Below, in pieces: positions 32,218 to 41,913 of a stretch of DNA of 64,000 nucleotides. Location of the stretch: the NCBI GenBank assembly GCA_017477935.1, contig JAFVIC010000003.1, positions 64,961 to 128,960 of the forward strand. The letters run 5' to 3'. The stretch's first letter is position 1. Each line of letters begins with the position of its first letter. The position numbers and the translations under genes are program-made. The notes under the pieces are model-generated. The model saw only the letters and a list, made by a program, of their open reading frames with translations. It was not told the origin of the DNA and ran no database searches. Source of the DNA: Akkermansia sp. (GTDB lineage: Bacteria > Verrucomicrobiota > Verrucomicrobiia > Verrucomicrobiales > Akkermansiaceae).

Positions 32218-33477
32218 TTAAGGGTTAAGCAAATCTGTGATAATATTCTGAACGGGTGACTGATTGTTGGGGCAGAGGTAACTCTGTAAGAAAGCTGCTC
32301 TTTTTTCAGCCAGAGGATCTTCTTCGGCCAAAACCAGCTGAATGAATTTCTCGACATCCTCAGAGGTCTGCCCTTTCTGATAACACTCCAAAGCCTGCTT
32401 TGTTGACTCGTTAAACTCAGGCCTGCTATCATCACGCTCCATGTAAAGACAGGGCTTATCCATAAGAAGGTATTCCAGAATAAACGATCCACAATCATGA
32501 ATCATGGCATCAGAACGGCCGAATAATTCAGCATAGTCGCCATCAACAAGAGAGGTATTGGAACCTTCTACCCATGCCTGATAATATGCATCTGTTCGCT
32601 CTTGCCCCCATTCCTCGTCTTTGTAAAGAGAGCGTTTCAGTATGGGATGAGGCTTAAACACCAGCTCCACCTGCTCAGCATACTTCTGGGCAATCTTCAA
32701 CATATCATCAGCAATCAGCAAGAAGGTAGAAACATTAAGAGCTCGCCTCTCCATATTTCTCACGGTCCAATGCGGAGCCCATATTATTCGCTTACGCCCC
32801 TCAGTTCGTTCAACCTTCGAATTGAGAAGCCAATCAGCCATAGGCAACCCGGTCACTCTCGTGTTGCGGGCTTTGTTCTTCATATACTTACGGGCCTCCT
32901 GTTGTATATAGGCAGATTCTACGTAGTAACGATAGAAATATTTTAATTTCCAACCTCCATATACAAGGTTTGTTGCCATATTGCTGAACCCGTATGGAAC
33001 AAAAATCGGCAAAATTCCCTTCAATTCATATATATCGAAAGGAATCACGTGGTCATAAGGTTTTACTACGAACAGGAAATCCGGAACAAATTGCTGCCTA
33101 AGCTCTTGCAGAGATGCAGCTTCATAATACAGAAAATTATGCTTGCGGACGTATTCTTTACAAGCATTGCGAATCTCTTGCCGAACTTCATCATTCGCCA
33201 CGCGAGGCTCATCAGTAAGCCAAAAAGCAGGGATAAAGCGTTCGTCTGCTTCCATAGCTTTAAACAAAGGCTCATTCTTCCAGAACGGCAGCTCATAAAG
33301 CAAAAATGCCACACGGAGAGGACGCTTATGCTGATGCAGTTCACGCACTTTTTTCAGGGCAATTCGCCGCTGGCAAGCAGCAACCCAGCAAAGTCTCACT
33401 CCACGCATCACACTGTAGGCCAGGTCACGTACATACTTGGTCAAAACATTTTTACCCATTTTGTCGTAAATATTCAT
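32218..33477 (-). CDS. CDP-glycerol glycerophosphotransferase (TagB/TagF-like) family protein
   Basis: RVTG.P..D, IIWAPHWT, FKPHPIL, SDAMIHDCGSFILEYL..DKP.LY. Confidence 0.8.
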   Translation of the reverse strand: MNIYDKMGKNVLTKYVRDLAYSVMRGVRLCWVAACQRRIALKKVRELHQHKRPLRVAFLLYELPFWKNEPLFKAMEADERFIPAFWLTDEPRVANDEVRQEIRNACKEYVRKHNFLYYEAASLQELRQQFVPDFLFVVKPYDHVIPFDIYELKGILPIFVPYGFSNMATNLVYGGWKLKYFYRYYVESAYIQQEARKYMKNKARNTRVTGLPMADWLLNSKVERTEGRKRIIWAPHWTVRNMERRALNVSTFLLIADDMLKIAQKYAEQVELVFKPHPILKRSLYKDEEWGQERTDAYYQAWVEGSNTSLVDGDYAELFGRSDAMIHDCGSFILEYLLMDKPCLYMERDDSRPEFNESTKQALECYQKGQTSEDVEKFIQLVLAEEDPLAEKRAAFLQSYLCPNNQSPVQNIITDLLNP

Positions 33478-33829
33478 TTTCTTTGTTTTGTACTGTTACT
33501 AAACCCGATTTAGAATCAACTTTGTAATGAAGGTGCTGCGGCTAAACGTTGCTACCTGAAGGAGAGAACATTCTCACAAAGCATAAACGCCACGCACATT
33601 ATACCAGAAAGGCTTATTCTTTCAAGCAATTTTCCCGTTCATTCAAAGATTTGCTATTCGCAACACTAAACGCCACCCGCTCAGTTCCACCCTGAGTAGA
33701 AATGAAAGCAGTAAGGTAAACAAAAATAATATTCATAATCGAAGAGGCCCGTTAATTAAATACGATGTATTTTCGGACTGCTATATTTCTTTTTCAGAAA
33801 ATTAAGTGCCTGTTTACGGTCCTTGCCTG

Positions 33830-34305
33830 TAGATATTTCACTATGGGATGCGAATACGAGATCAGGAAAAAGCAGGGGATAACTTTCGCCCTACAAAGCA
33901 ATCATCGTTGGCATAAATAAAATGCTCTACCAAATTGGGAATCTTATGCAAGCAGCATTCCAATGCCTCTGAATTAAAGCAAGGACGTGCAGATTCCAGC
34001 GGGATTTCCGTGTGAACGACAATGGTAATTTTTTCGTGCGTGTAATACCATTTCGGCACCTGTTTATTGGTGATAATATAGATGTGGTGAATCCAGAGCA
34101 TGTACATAGCCAAGCTTCTGAGGCAAAGTCGTAAGTTCAGGCAGTCTGCTGCAGTATAACTCCGAACCGCGTTTCCTCTCTGGCCCTCACTACCGAAAAA
34201 AACGTACGCCGTACTCAGGTTCCCTAGAGCCATTAGAGCCCCTAAGCATTTTGCGATATCTTGCTCAGAACCAGAGTAACCGTTAAACTCGATACAAATT
34301 GACAC
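33830..34305 (-). pseudogene. Truncated/degenerate duplicate of the Stealth gene (CR2 only)
   Basis: WIHHIYIITNKQVPKW..HEKITIV.H.EI..ESARPCFNS.ALECCLHKIPNL.EHFIYANDD.FVGRK is nearly identical to part of 34636..35571. CR1 is absent and there is an early stop at 33862. Confidence 0.8.
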
Positions 34306-34635
34306 CTAGCCGACTCAGGGCATCAAGGATGAAGGCTCAGACAGAGCTTGTAACTGTTTTTTCGTTCTTCTATATCACGGCCAGAATTGAGAAAAAGCAA
34401 TTGGATAATTGAAGTTGTTTTATGTCGTCTACTGCTGCATCTGTGACAGATAATAGATATTATGCCCCGTTTCCTGTAGACTGCTGATCACGCAGTGTGT
34501 TACACGTTCAATGCCTCCTCTCGAGGGAATAATTACTGTAATATAAACAAAAAAATATTCATAATATCAGCCTAATGGCTAATAAAAGACATTGCAGTAT
34601 TGCGAACTCTATAGCTATGTTGTTTTCTATCAGGC

Positions 34636-35571
34636 CTAACGTTCAAAGGGGGATTTTACTGGAAAGCGAGATTCAAGAAAGCATCGTGTGCGGGCGCGGT
34701 CTTCGTCTGTCGCAACTTCGCAATCGTTGATACAAAATAAGGCCGGATGATTAGGGGCAAGGTGTTTCATGGGACTATGGTTGGATTCAACCATAGAGTC
34801 AAGATATGCCATGTGAATTTTTTTCATGACGCGTTGCAAAAATGTCCTGCTGACATCTTTCAAAACAGCTTGTTTTTTGACCAGAGCATACATAAGAAAC
34901 AAAATTCGCTGCAAGCATGATTCATTGCGGAATGGTTGATGGATAGTGTGATGGAACCAATCTGGAAATTCCTTTTCACAACCAGCTAGGATCGTTTTAG
35001 TGTATGCGTCCATATTATGGTGGGAACTATAGTTACCAAAGGTTATACCAAAGCGTTGTTTAATAGCCTCATGTGCGGTTTTTATCGTATGCCAATATAG
35101 CCCACCCCCTATTATGGATTTTTTCCATCTGACTATGGGTTTTCCCATCCGTTCGTAAAAGAAATTGGGTGTTATTTTTCTTCCTACAAACATGTCATCG
35201 TTGGCATAGATAAAATGCTCTGCCAGATTGGGGATCTTATGCAAGCAGCACTCTAATGCCTGAGAATTAAAGCAGGGACGTGCAGATTCGGGAAGGATTT
35301 CGGAGTGGTCGACAATGGTAATTTTTTCGTGCGGGCGGAACCATTTTGGTATCTGGTTATTTGTAACAATATAAATGTGGTGAATCCATGGCATATGCAT
35401 GACTACGCTTCGGAGACTGTACTTCAGCTCATCAATTTGAACATAGCGGCAATCCGGGTTTTCTTTCATAGCGGCGTTGCATTGTCTCATTCGTTCACGC
35501 CTTTGTCGGGCGAAATTCTCATCATTGCCATCGCACCACAGATAGACAAGATCTATATCATAATCTTTCAT
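34636..35571 (-). CDS. Stealth-family hexose-1-phosphate transferase
   Basis: CR1 IDLVYLWCDG, CR2 ELKYSLRSV..MPWIHHIYIVT..Q.P.W...FNS.ALE..LHKIP.L.EHFIYANDD, CR3 HHNMDAY.K, CR4 FCIND. Confidence 0.92.
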   Translation of the reverse strand: MKDYDIDLVYLWCDGNDENFARQRRERMRQCNAAMKENPDCRYVQIDELKYSLRSVVMHMPWIHHIYIVTNNQIPKWFRPHEKITIVDHSEILPESARPCFNSQALECCLHKIPNLAEHFIYANDDMFVGRKITPNFFYERMGKPIVRWKKSIIGGGLYWHTIKTAHEAIKQRFGITFGNYSSHHNMDAYTKTILAGCEKEFPDWFHHTIHQPFRNESCLQRILFLMYALVKKQAVLKDVSRTFLQRVMKKIHMAYLDSMVESNHSPMKHLAPNHPALFCINDCEVATDEDRARTRCFLESRFPVKSPFER

Positions 35572-35761
35572 AATTTAGGGATACCAGTAAAAGTTAATAT
35601 GCTACCGTCCGATTTTTTCTCAGGTTGAGGAAAAGTCTAAACGAAAAAGTGTTATGAGAGCTTTGAATATGAATGCCGAAGACGGAAATATCGACTTATT
35701 TCAAGATGAGCAACTTCTCACTGCAGATATTCGTTATGGACGTGTTTGTGAAAGAGCGGAA

Positions 35762-36751
35762 TTATATAACCACCAGCGAGTCTTCGACATTTTTGCGGGG
35801 AGAAATGGCTAACGGGAAATTGTGCTCAGCGAGTGTCCCGCAGACCATAAGAGCTATGATGGATTCTGAGTCAGGGATGCCGATGAGTTTATGAATTTTC
35901 CTGAGACTTCCCGCTGTGCATGGCATACCCAGAATACAATGAGCTACTTTATTGTAATGCAAAGCATAAGAGAGGTTCATAAGGTAAATACCTCCGTTTA
36001 CATAGAGGGACATCCCTTCTAAAGCGTAGAAACTACTCCTGTCGCATGTGATGACAAGTGCCTTATCCGCAAACTGGCCGAACCCGCGGTTTCCACCTTG
36101 TAATTGCAGTAGTTGTGCCCGTTTTTCATTATCTGCCACACAATATACTTTCCAAGGCTGCCTGTTACAGGCGGAAGGGGAGTTATTTGCAAGTTCGACC
36201 GCAGCTTGAATTTGCTTCATAGAAACGGGAGTTTTGCCGAAGTTTCGTACGCTATGCCGAGATGCTGAGAACTTTGCAAAGTCTGCGTTCAAGTGACGCC
36301 AATATTCTTCAGGGGAGGATTCAATTTGTGCCGAGCTTGTAATATTTGCTGTAGCTAAAATGGATTCAAGAGCGGACTCTATGCTGGATTCAAGAGGGAA
36401 ATGTTCTCTTTGATGCAGGTGGTAATATTCTGACAGTACAGCAAGTGCATGGTGGCATACGTCGCTGTATTCACCATTGTTGAGTTTGTGCACGAGCTGC
36501 AGTTGCTTAATAGTCTGCAACACCATAGGTTGACCAAATCCGAGCCTACGTTCAGGCATTGTCAGCCCTTTTTCCAATACATGATACATGGCTGTGAGTC
36601 TTGCTTCTTCCCCTTTGCAAGTGCAGCAAGTATCCATACAGTATTGTGCGTGCTTTTTGCAGAAATAGGCAAAGTATTTTATGATTGACAATTTTTGTCG
36701 CAACTTGACATAGTAGCGGAAGAGTGCGGTTTTTTTGAGTATAGCTTTCAT
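35762..36751 (-). CDS. Nitroreductase-family protein
   Basis: HVLEKGL N-terminal region, SRHSVRNF, A.NSPSACNRQPW.VY. Confidence 0.85.
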   Translation of the reverse strand: MKAILKKTALFRYYVKLRQKLSIIKYFAYFCKKHAQYCMDTCCTCKGEEARLTAMYHVLEKGLTMPERRLGFGQPMVLQTIKQLQLVHKLNNGEYSDVCHHALAVLSEYYHLHQREHFPLESSIESALESILATANITSSAQIESSPEEYWRHLNADFAKFSASRHSVRNFGKTPVSMKQIQAAVELANNSPSACNRQPWKVYCVADNEKRAQLLQLQGGNRGFGQFADKALVITCDRSSFYALEGMSLYVNGGIYLMNLSYALHYNKVAHCILGMPCTAGSLRKIHKLIGIPDSESIIALMVCGTLAEHNFPLAISPRKNVEDSLVVI

Positions 36752-37917
36752 TTTGCGGATAAAGGGAAAGGGTTATCAGTCTGGTTTAATATATTGAAAA
36801 GGATTTGCATAGAATGCTGTTTGCTGGTTTCCAGCTGTTTCATATCATGGGTATCTGGAGATACGATTTTTACTAATCCATCAGGGGTGATAATTTCTTC
36901 TAAATTGCTGGGGCAAATGCCGAAGTATTTGAAAAGGGAATCAAAACGGCTATTTCTATGAGATGCTTTTAGCTTGTTTTCCTGCAATACATGCAAGGGT
37001 TTTCGGAACAACAGCGAGAATGCGGAACCATGAAAGGACGTCGTCACCACTGCTCTGGCATGACGTATAAGCCACACAAACTCGGCAGGCCCCACTCCCG
37101 ACAATGCCTGGGAGCTATCATCACTGACAGTCCCGACAATCGGCGGCTGAATAGAATATACAGCACAGCCTTCAGCCTTGGCTAAATCTCTAGCATACGG
37201 CATAAGCTCCATCTTACCACCAACACTATACACCAGTATGTAATCGGAGGAACGCAAGGGATAAGGACGTTCAAAACTTTTCCACTCCTCATCGGATAAC
37301 AATAGTACCGGATCACAAACAACCCCAACCGGACGATTTAACAGCGCCTCCAACACTTCCGCTGCTACATGTTCTCGCACGGTTATATTAGTAAAACCAC
37401 TCAATTTTTCACGATAGATTTTGCTAACTTCATCTCCCAGTACAGATACTCCAATACTGGCAGCATACGAGTTTTTCTTGCTTGCCGATTTTACAAAATC
37501 AAGAAGATAAGAACAGTCTCCGGCTTCCCCCGCTACTGCAACTATATCAGGATTCCATATCTGATCACTACCGGCAACGAACAAATCGTACAATTCATTG
37601 GAACATTGTAACTCTGACGGGGAAGTATATACCTGAGAAGATATCTTCATCACCTCCCTGCGAAACGCCGCAAAAGCACGATATGTTTTACCATCTCGAA
37701 GATAACGATGATGCATCAAAGCACAAAATCCCTTTAAATTTTTCGCCCGGGGAATATACGAATGATAAAATCTCTCAGCTTTATCAGGGCGATAATCGAG
37801 GATTTCAGCTTCTGCTCCCAACTTATTAATGACATTAGTCAGCGCATGAGCCTGAAGAACAGCTCCGTAATTATTAGCTCTGTGAAAAGTAAGAACGGCT
37901 ACTTTTTTCATAAGCAC
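36748..37917 (-). CDS. Polysaccharide pyruvyl transferase family protein
   Basis: LTFHRANNYGAVLQA.AL, VAGSDQIWN, SYAASIG, ITVRE, VCDPVLLL, TTSFHG.AFS. Confidence 0.92.
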   Translation of the reverse strand: MLMKKVAVLTFHRANNYGAVLQAHALTNVINKLGAEAEILDYRPDKAERFYHSYIPRAKNLKGFCALMHHRYLRDGKTYRAFAAFRREVMKISSQVYTSPSELQCSNELYDLFVAGSDQIWNPDIVAVAGEAGDCSYLLDFVKSASKKNSYAASIGVSVLGDEVSKIYREKLSGFTNITVREHVAAEVLEALLNRPVGVVCDPVLLLSDEEWKSFERPYPLRSSDYILVYSVGGKMELMPYARDLAKAEGCAVYSIQPPIVGTVSDDSSQALSGVGPAEFVWLIRHARAVVTTSFHGSAFSLLFRKPLHVLQENKLKASHRNSRFDSLFKYFGICPSNLEEIITPDGLVKIVSPDTHDMKQLETSKQHSMQILFNILNQTDNPFPLSAK

Positions 37918-37939
37918 AACATATTAATGTTCTTTAAAT

Positions 37940-38875
37940 TCATTCAGCAGAAATCAGGCGCCCGTAATATGTCAGCAAACCGTCTTCCGTATATTCCTTG
38001 AACGGTATTTTATACGACAATTTAAACCAACGGCACTCATCGCACATCTTACGAAACTTTTCTTCATCGCAGGGTTCATTAGCAATCTTTTCAAACTCCA
38101 GAATATGTGGGGCCAATTCCACACCGGCATCTACTCCACATTGAGTATCTTCATTGTGATCATAGGCTGCCAATAATAAATAATCCATAATAAGATAATC
38201 TACCGCGTAATCCATCGTTTTCCAATACTCCTGTTTCATTTCTGCTGCACAACAAAACCAAGGAGAACGAGCAACAGCTCCCATCAAAAAACATTTCCAC
38301 AGACATCGATTGACTCCGACATAATTAAAATCAAAGACAGTACGCACAGAAAAGTATGGCTTATTGAAAATTGATTCCGGTATAGCCCTATGAACATATA
38401 TAGTACTATCTATCCATATTCCACCTCGTTCAGCCAGAAGAGACATACGCATGACATCAGAAAAGTGAATATAACTCATTTTACCTTTGCGCAATTTTTC
38501 ATAAATACACTCAGGCAATTGAACATATTGAGCGATATTCCCCATATGAAGCAGCACCACCTCTCGCCCCTTCGGAGCCATTAACTTCAAGCGTTCATAA
38601 CAAAGTTTAACGATAGGAGGCATATTCTCCTCCCCCTGAAGCCAACACACCCATATCGGCCCGGAATTCTCGTATCCAGGACTTACAGCAGACTTATATT
38701 TTTCTAGAATTTTCGAAAAACGCCGCTCAAAGAAAGCATGATTCACACTTCGCATAGCCTTTCGTCGCAGAATTGGATCCTTGTACTTAAGATGAGTAAA
38801 AATACATGGGATGATATACTCCCAATCCATATCCCTGAAAAAATAAAATATTTTTTTTATCCTTGCTCCAAACAT
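37940..38875 (-). CDS. Capsular polysaccharide synthesis protein (Caps_synth, DXD glycosyltransferase)
   Basis: IWVCWLQGEENMP.IV..C, HFSDVMR.SLLAERGGIWIDST, DYLIMDY, KLSYK. Confidence 0.9.
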   Translation of the reverse strand: MFGARIKKIFYFFRDMDWEYIIPCIFTHLKYKDPILRRKAMRSVNHAFFERRFSKILEKYKSAVSPGYENSGPIWVCWLQGEENMPPIVKLCYERLKLMAPKGREVVLLHMGNIAQYVQLPECIYEKLRKGKMSYIHFSDVMRMSLLAERGGIWIDSTIYVHRAIPESIFNKPYFSVRTVFDFNYVGVNRCLWKCFLMGAVARSPWFCCAAEMKQEYWKTMDYAVDYLIMDYLLLAAYDHNEDTQCGVDAGVELAPHILEFEKIANEPCDEEKFRKMCDECRWFKLSYKIPFKEYTEDGLLTYYGRLISAE

Positions 38876-39171
38876 ATGCCTTATCCAGCCTAAACGCTTG
38901 AACTAAGCCTACCATATTGTCCTATCCATGTCAAGTCCATGTTCCATCTTGCGATTTTTGGCGGCATGTTACTGTGAGGCCACCGTTGAAAATGCTTGTG
39001 ACATTTGCTGAGCAACAAAGTTCTCCATATCGTTGTTACACAACAAAAAACAGCTACGGACAAACACATGGAATGTCCGTAGTAATTAGTTAAGCTTTGC
39101 AAACCTCGGTACTAATTCAAGGTATGAATCTCATCACTACCTTACTCTGCACCGAGCAGCAGCCCCCCACC

Positions 39172-39648
39172 TCAATACCCATCGGGGGTGAAGTGAGCAT
39201 CGGAGCCGTGGTGATAGTTACCGTGCATGCCGGGGGACAGCGGGCCGAACTCCTTGTAAACAGGCTGTACGAAGGAGTAGGTGGGACCATTCTTGCCGTC
39301 AACCTTCACGGTGACACGCTGGCAGCGGGTGTTGCCCATGGAGTCCGTCAGGTAGCGACCGGCAAGAGCACCGGCTACACCGAAACCGGCAGCGGATACG
39401 ATACGACCGGAGCCACCGCCGAGGAGCTGACCAAGACCGGCACCCAGCACACCACCGGCAACCGTGCCGACGTTCTTGGCAGAGGAGGAGGTCTCACCCT
39501 TCACCTCGTAAGCGGAAATAACGGTGGCGGGCAGAACCTGCTGGGTCACGCCGATTTTGTTTGCGGAAACGGAACCATAGCTGGAGTCCCATGCGCAGGA
39601 AGAAAGCCCCAGCGCAACGGCAACAAGAAGAAGGGTTGATTTGTACAT
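39172..39648 (-). CDS. Glycine-zipper outer-membrane lipoprotein (SlyB-like)
   Basis: Lipobox LSSC. GTVAGGVLGAGLGQLLGGGSG..G.GVAGALAG glycine zipper. Confidence 0.8.
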   Translation of the reverse strand: MYKSTLLLVAVALGLSSCAWDSSYGSVSANKIGVTQQVLPATVISAYEVKGETSSSAKNVGTVAGGVLGAGLGQLLGGGSGRIVSAAGFGVAGALAGRYLTDSMGNTRCQRVTVKVDGKNGPTYSFVQPVYKEFGPLSPGMHGNYHHGSDAHFTPDGY

Positions 39649-39863
39649 GATGTTCTGACTGTTTGTGATTGTGAATGATACGTGCCCGACAGCGGGCGCA
39701 CCGGCGCCCCTCGTCACGCCTATATCCTAGCTTTTTTGCCAAGACACGTCAAGCAGAATTTAGTTCAGTATTAAAAAATAAATTCTTTTCCAATGTTAAA
39801 TCAAGCGGGCAAGGCACCACATAAGTGCCCTGCCCGCCTGTTAGTTACAATGTTTGGAGGTTA

Positions 39864-41714
39864 TCACTCTGCGCTTTCAGCTGCAGCGGCCTTCTCAGCC
39901 TCGAGTTTCTGGCGGAGTTTCTCAGGCAGCTTGACCTGAATGTGAATGTCACGCAGCTGGTTAGGCTCAGCCGGCGCGGGGGATTCGCTCATGAGGTCGG
40001 CACCGCGATTGTTCTTGGGGAAGGCAATCACCTCGCGGATAGAGTCGCACTGCCCGATAAGCATGACCACGCGGTCGAGACCGAGTGCCAGACCACCGTG
40101 GGGAGGTGCGCCGAAGGAGAAGGCGGCCAGCAGGTGGCCGAACTGCTCTTCGATGGTGGCGTCATCCAGCCCGAGGGCTCGGAAAGTAGCATCCTGCAGC
40201 TCTTTCTCATGAATACGAATAGAACCACCGCCCAGCTCATTGCCGTTGAAGATGACATCGTATGCCTCGGCGCAGATGTCGGTGGAAATCTCGCCCTTGA
40301 GCACCTTCTCCACATCCTCCGGTACGGGACGGGTGAAGGGGTGGTGAATGGCGCAGTAGCGCTGTTCCTCAGCATCCCACCCGAAGAGAGGGAAGCGATT
40401 GACCCAGAAGAGGTCGATGTCGGTGTTGCCCTTGAGCAGCTCCATGAACTCGCCGCAGGCCAGGCGCACGCGGCCGAGAATGGTGCAGCTCTGCTCCCAC
40501 TCGCCGGCGGCAAAGAAGATGCAGTCGCCGCTCTCGATGTTCAGGCGCTCAACGAGGGCATCTATCTCAGCTTGGGAGAGACGCTTGGTGATGGGGCTCT
40601 TCCACTCCTTGGTGTTGTTGACGTCGCGCACTTTAATGTAGGCCAGGCCCTTGGCGCCGGCCTCAATAGCGGTCTGGGTGAGGGAGTCCACCTGGCCGAC
40701 GGAGGGGTTGAAGCCCTTGGCATTGATGGCTTTCACCACGCCACCGTTGGCAATGGCGCCGGAGAACACACGGAATTCGCTGTTAGCAAAGATGTCGGAG
40801 CAGTCGGTAATCTTCATTTCGAAGCGGCGCTCAGGCTTGTCGGAACCGTACTGATCCATAGCATCCTTCCAGGTCATGCGGGGGAAGGGAGTGACGATAT
40901 CGCGGCCGACGGATTCTTTGAACACGCGCTTAAGCATGGCTTCAATCCAGGCGTAAATATCCTCAGGGGTAATGAACGAAGCCTCGATATCAATCTGAGT
41001 GAACTCGGGCTGACGGTCGGCGCGCAGGTCTTCGTCGCGGAAGCAACGAGCCACCTGGAAATACTTCTCCATACCGGCGACCATGAGCAGCTGCTTGTAC
41101 TGCTGGGGAGCCTGGGGCAGAGCGTAGAAGGTGCCGGGGTTCAGGCGGCTGGGCACCAGGAAGTCGCGGGCACCCTCGGGGGTACTCTTGGAAAGGATGG
41201 GGGTTTCAATCTCGAGGAATCCCTGTTCGTCGAGATAGTCGCGCATGGTCTTGGTGATGCGGTGGCGCAAAATCATGTTGCGCTGCATGGGGGTGCGGCG
41301 CAGGTCGAGGAAACGGTACTTCAGGCGGATATCCTCGTTGGCGATGTTGCGGTCGAGCTGGAAGGGGAGAACGGCGGCGCGGTTGAGCACGGTCATGGAG
41401 GCGGCATCCACCTCAATCTCACCGGTGGCGAGGTCGGGGTTGGTAGCGTCCACCTCATCGGTCTTCAGACGGGCAACCACCTTGCCGGTGACCTGAATAA
41501 CGGATTCCACACGCAGATTCTCAGCATCATTGGCCAGCGCAGCATTATTCTCGGGGTGGAAAACCACCTGGGTTTTGCCGGCGCGGTCACGGAGGTCGAT
41601 GAAAATCACACCGCCGTGGTCGCGAACTGTATCCACCCAGCCTACAAGCGTAACCTGCTTGTCGACATCAGAAAGGCGGAGCTCATCGCACGTATGGGTA
41701 CGGTAACTGTTCAT
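39864..41714 (-). CDS. aspS: Aspartate-tRNA ligase (RDHGG motif suggests the non-discriminating type)
   Basis: YRTHTC, RDHGGVIFIDLRD, RLKYRFLDLRR, EGARDFLVPSR, LPQAPQQYKQLLM, CFRDEDLRADRQPEFTQID, GAPPHGG.A.GLDR. Confidence 0.98.
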   Translation of the reverse strand: MNSYRTHTCDELRLSDVDKQVTLVGWVDTVRDHGGVIFIDLRDRAGKTQVVFHPENNAALANDAENLRVESVIQVTGKVVARLKTDEVDATNPDLATGEIEVDAASMTVLNRAAVLPFQLDRNIANEDIRLKYRFLDLRRTPMQRNMILRHRITKTMRDYLDEQGFLEIETPILSKSTPEGARDFLVPSRLNPGTFYALPQAPQQYKQLLMVAGMEKYFQVARCFRDEDLRADRQPEFTQIDIEASFITPEDIYAWIEAMLKRVFKESVGRDIVTPFPRMTWKDAMDQYGSDKPERRFEMKITDCSDIFANSEFRVFSGAIANGGVVKAINAKGFNPSVGQVDSLTQTAIEAGAKGLAYIKVRDVNNTKEWKSPITKRLSQAEIDALVERLNIESGDCIFFAAGEWEQSCTILGRVRLACGEFMELLKGNTDIDLFWVNRFPLFGWDAEEQRYCAIHHPFTRPVPEDVEKVLKGEISTDICAEAYDVIFNGNELGGGSIRIHEKELQDATFRALGLDDATIEEQFGHLLAAFSFGAPPHGGLALGLDRVVMLIGQCDSIREVIAFPKNNRGADLMSESPAPAEPNQLRDIHIQVKLPEKLRQKLEAEKAAAAESAE

Positions 41715-41913
41715 GGTAATGATGCTTGATAGAAATTACGGTCGGCTGCGCACACATGCGAGCCGAAGCGGCCAAGATTCTACTCTCTGCCACCTGATTG
41801 TCAAGACAAATTTGGCTATTCAGGCGGCACTGCCGCAAAAAATGAACAGGTGCCCTGCCAGGGGGAAGAACCGATAGCGGAAGCCGACCAAAGGAGCGGG
41901 TTACGTTTTGGCC

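Noticed and set aside
38876-39170. ops/JUMPstart element or invertible promoter ahead of the polysaccharide locus
   Set aside because: No GGCGGTAG-type motif or flanking inverted repeats were found by eye.
39825-41729. 634-aa plus-strand ORF, and similar long antisense ORFs over the sulfatase, CASDH, ALDH and nagA genes
   Set aside because: Shadows of well-supported genes on the opposite strand.
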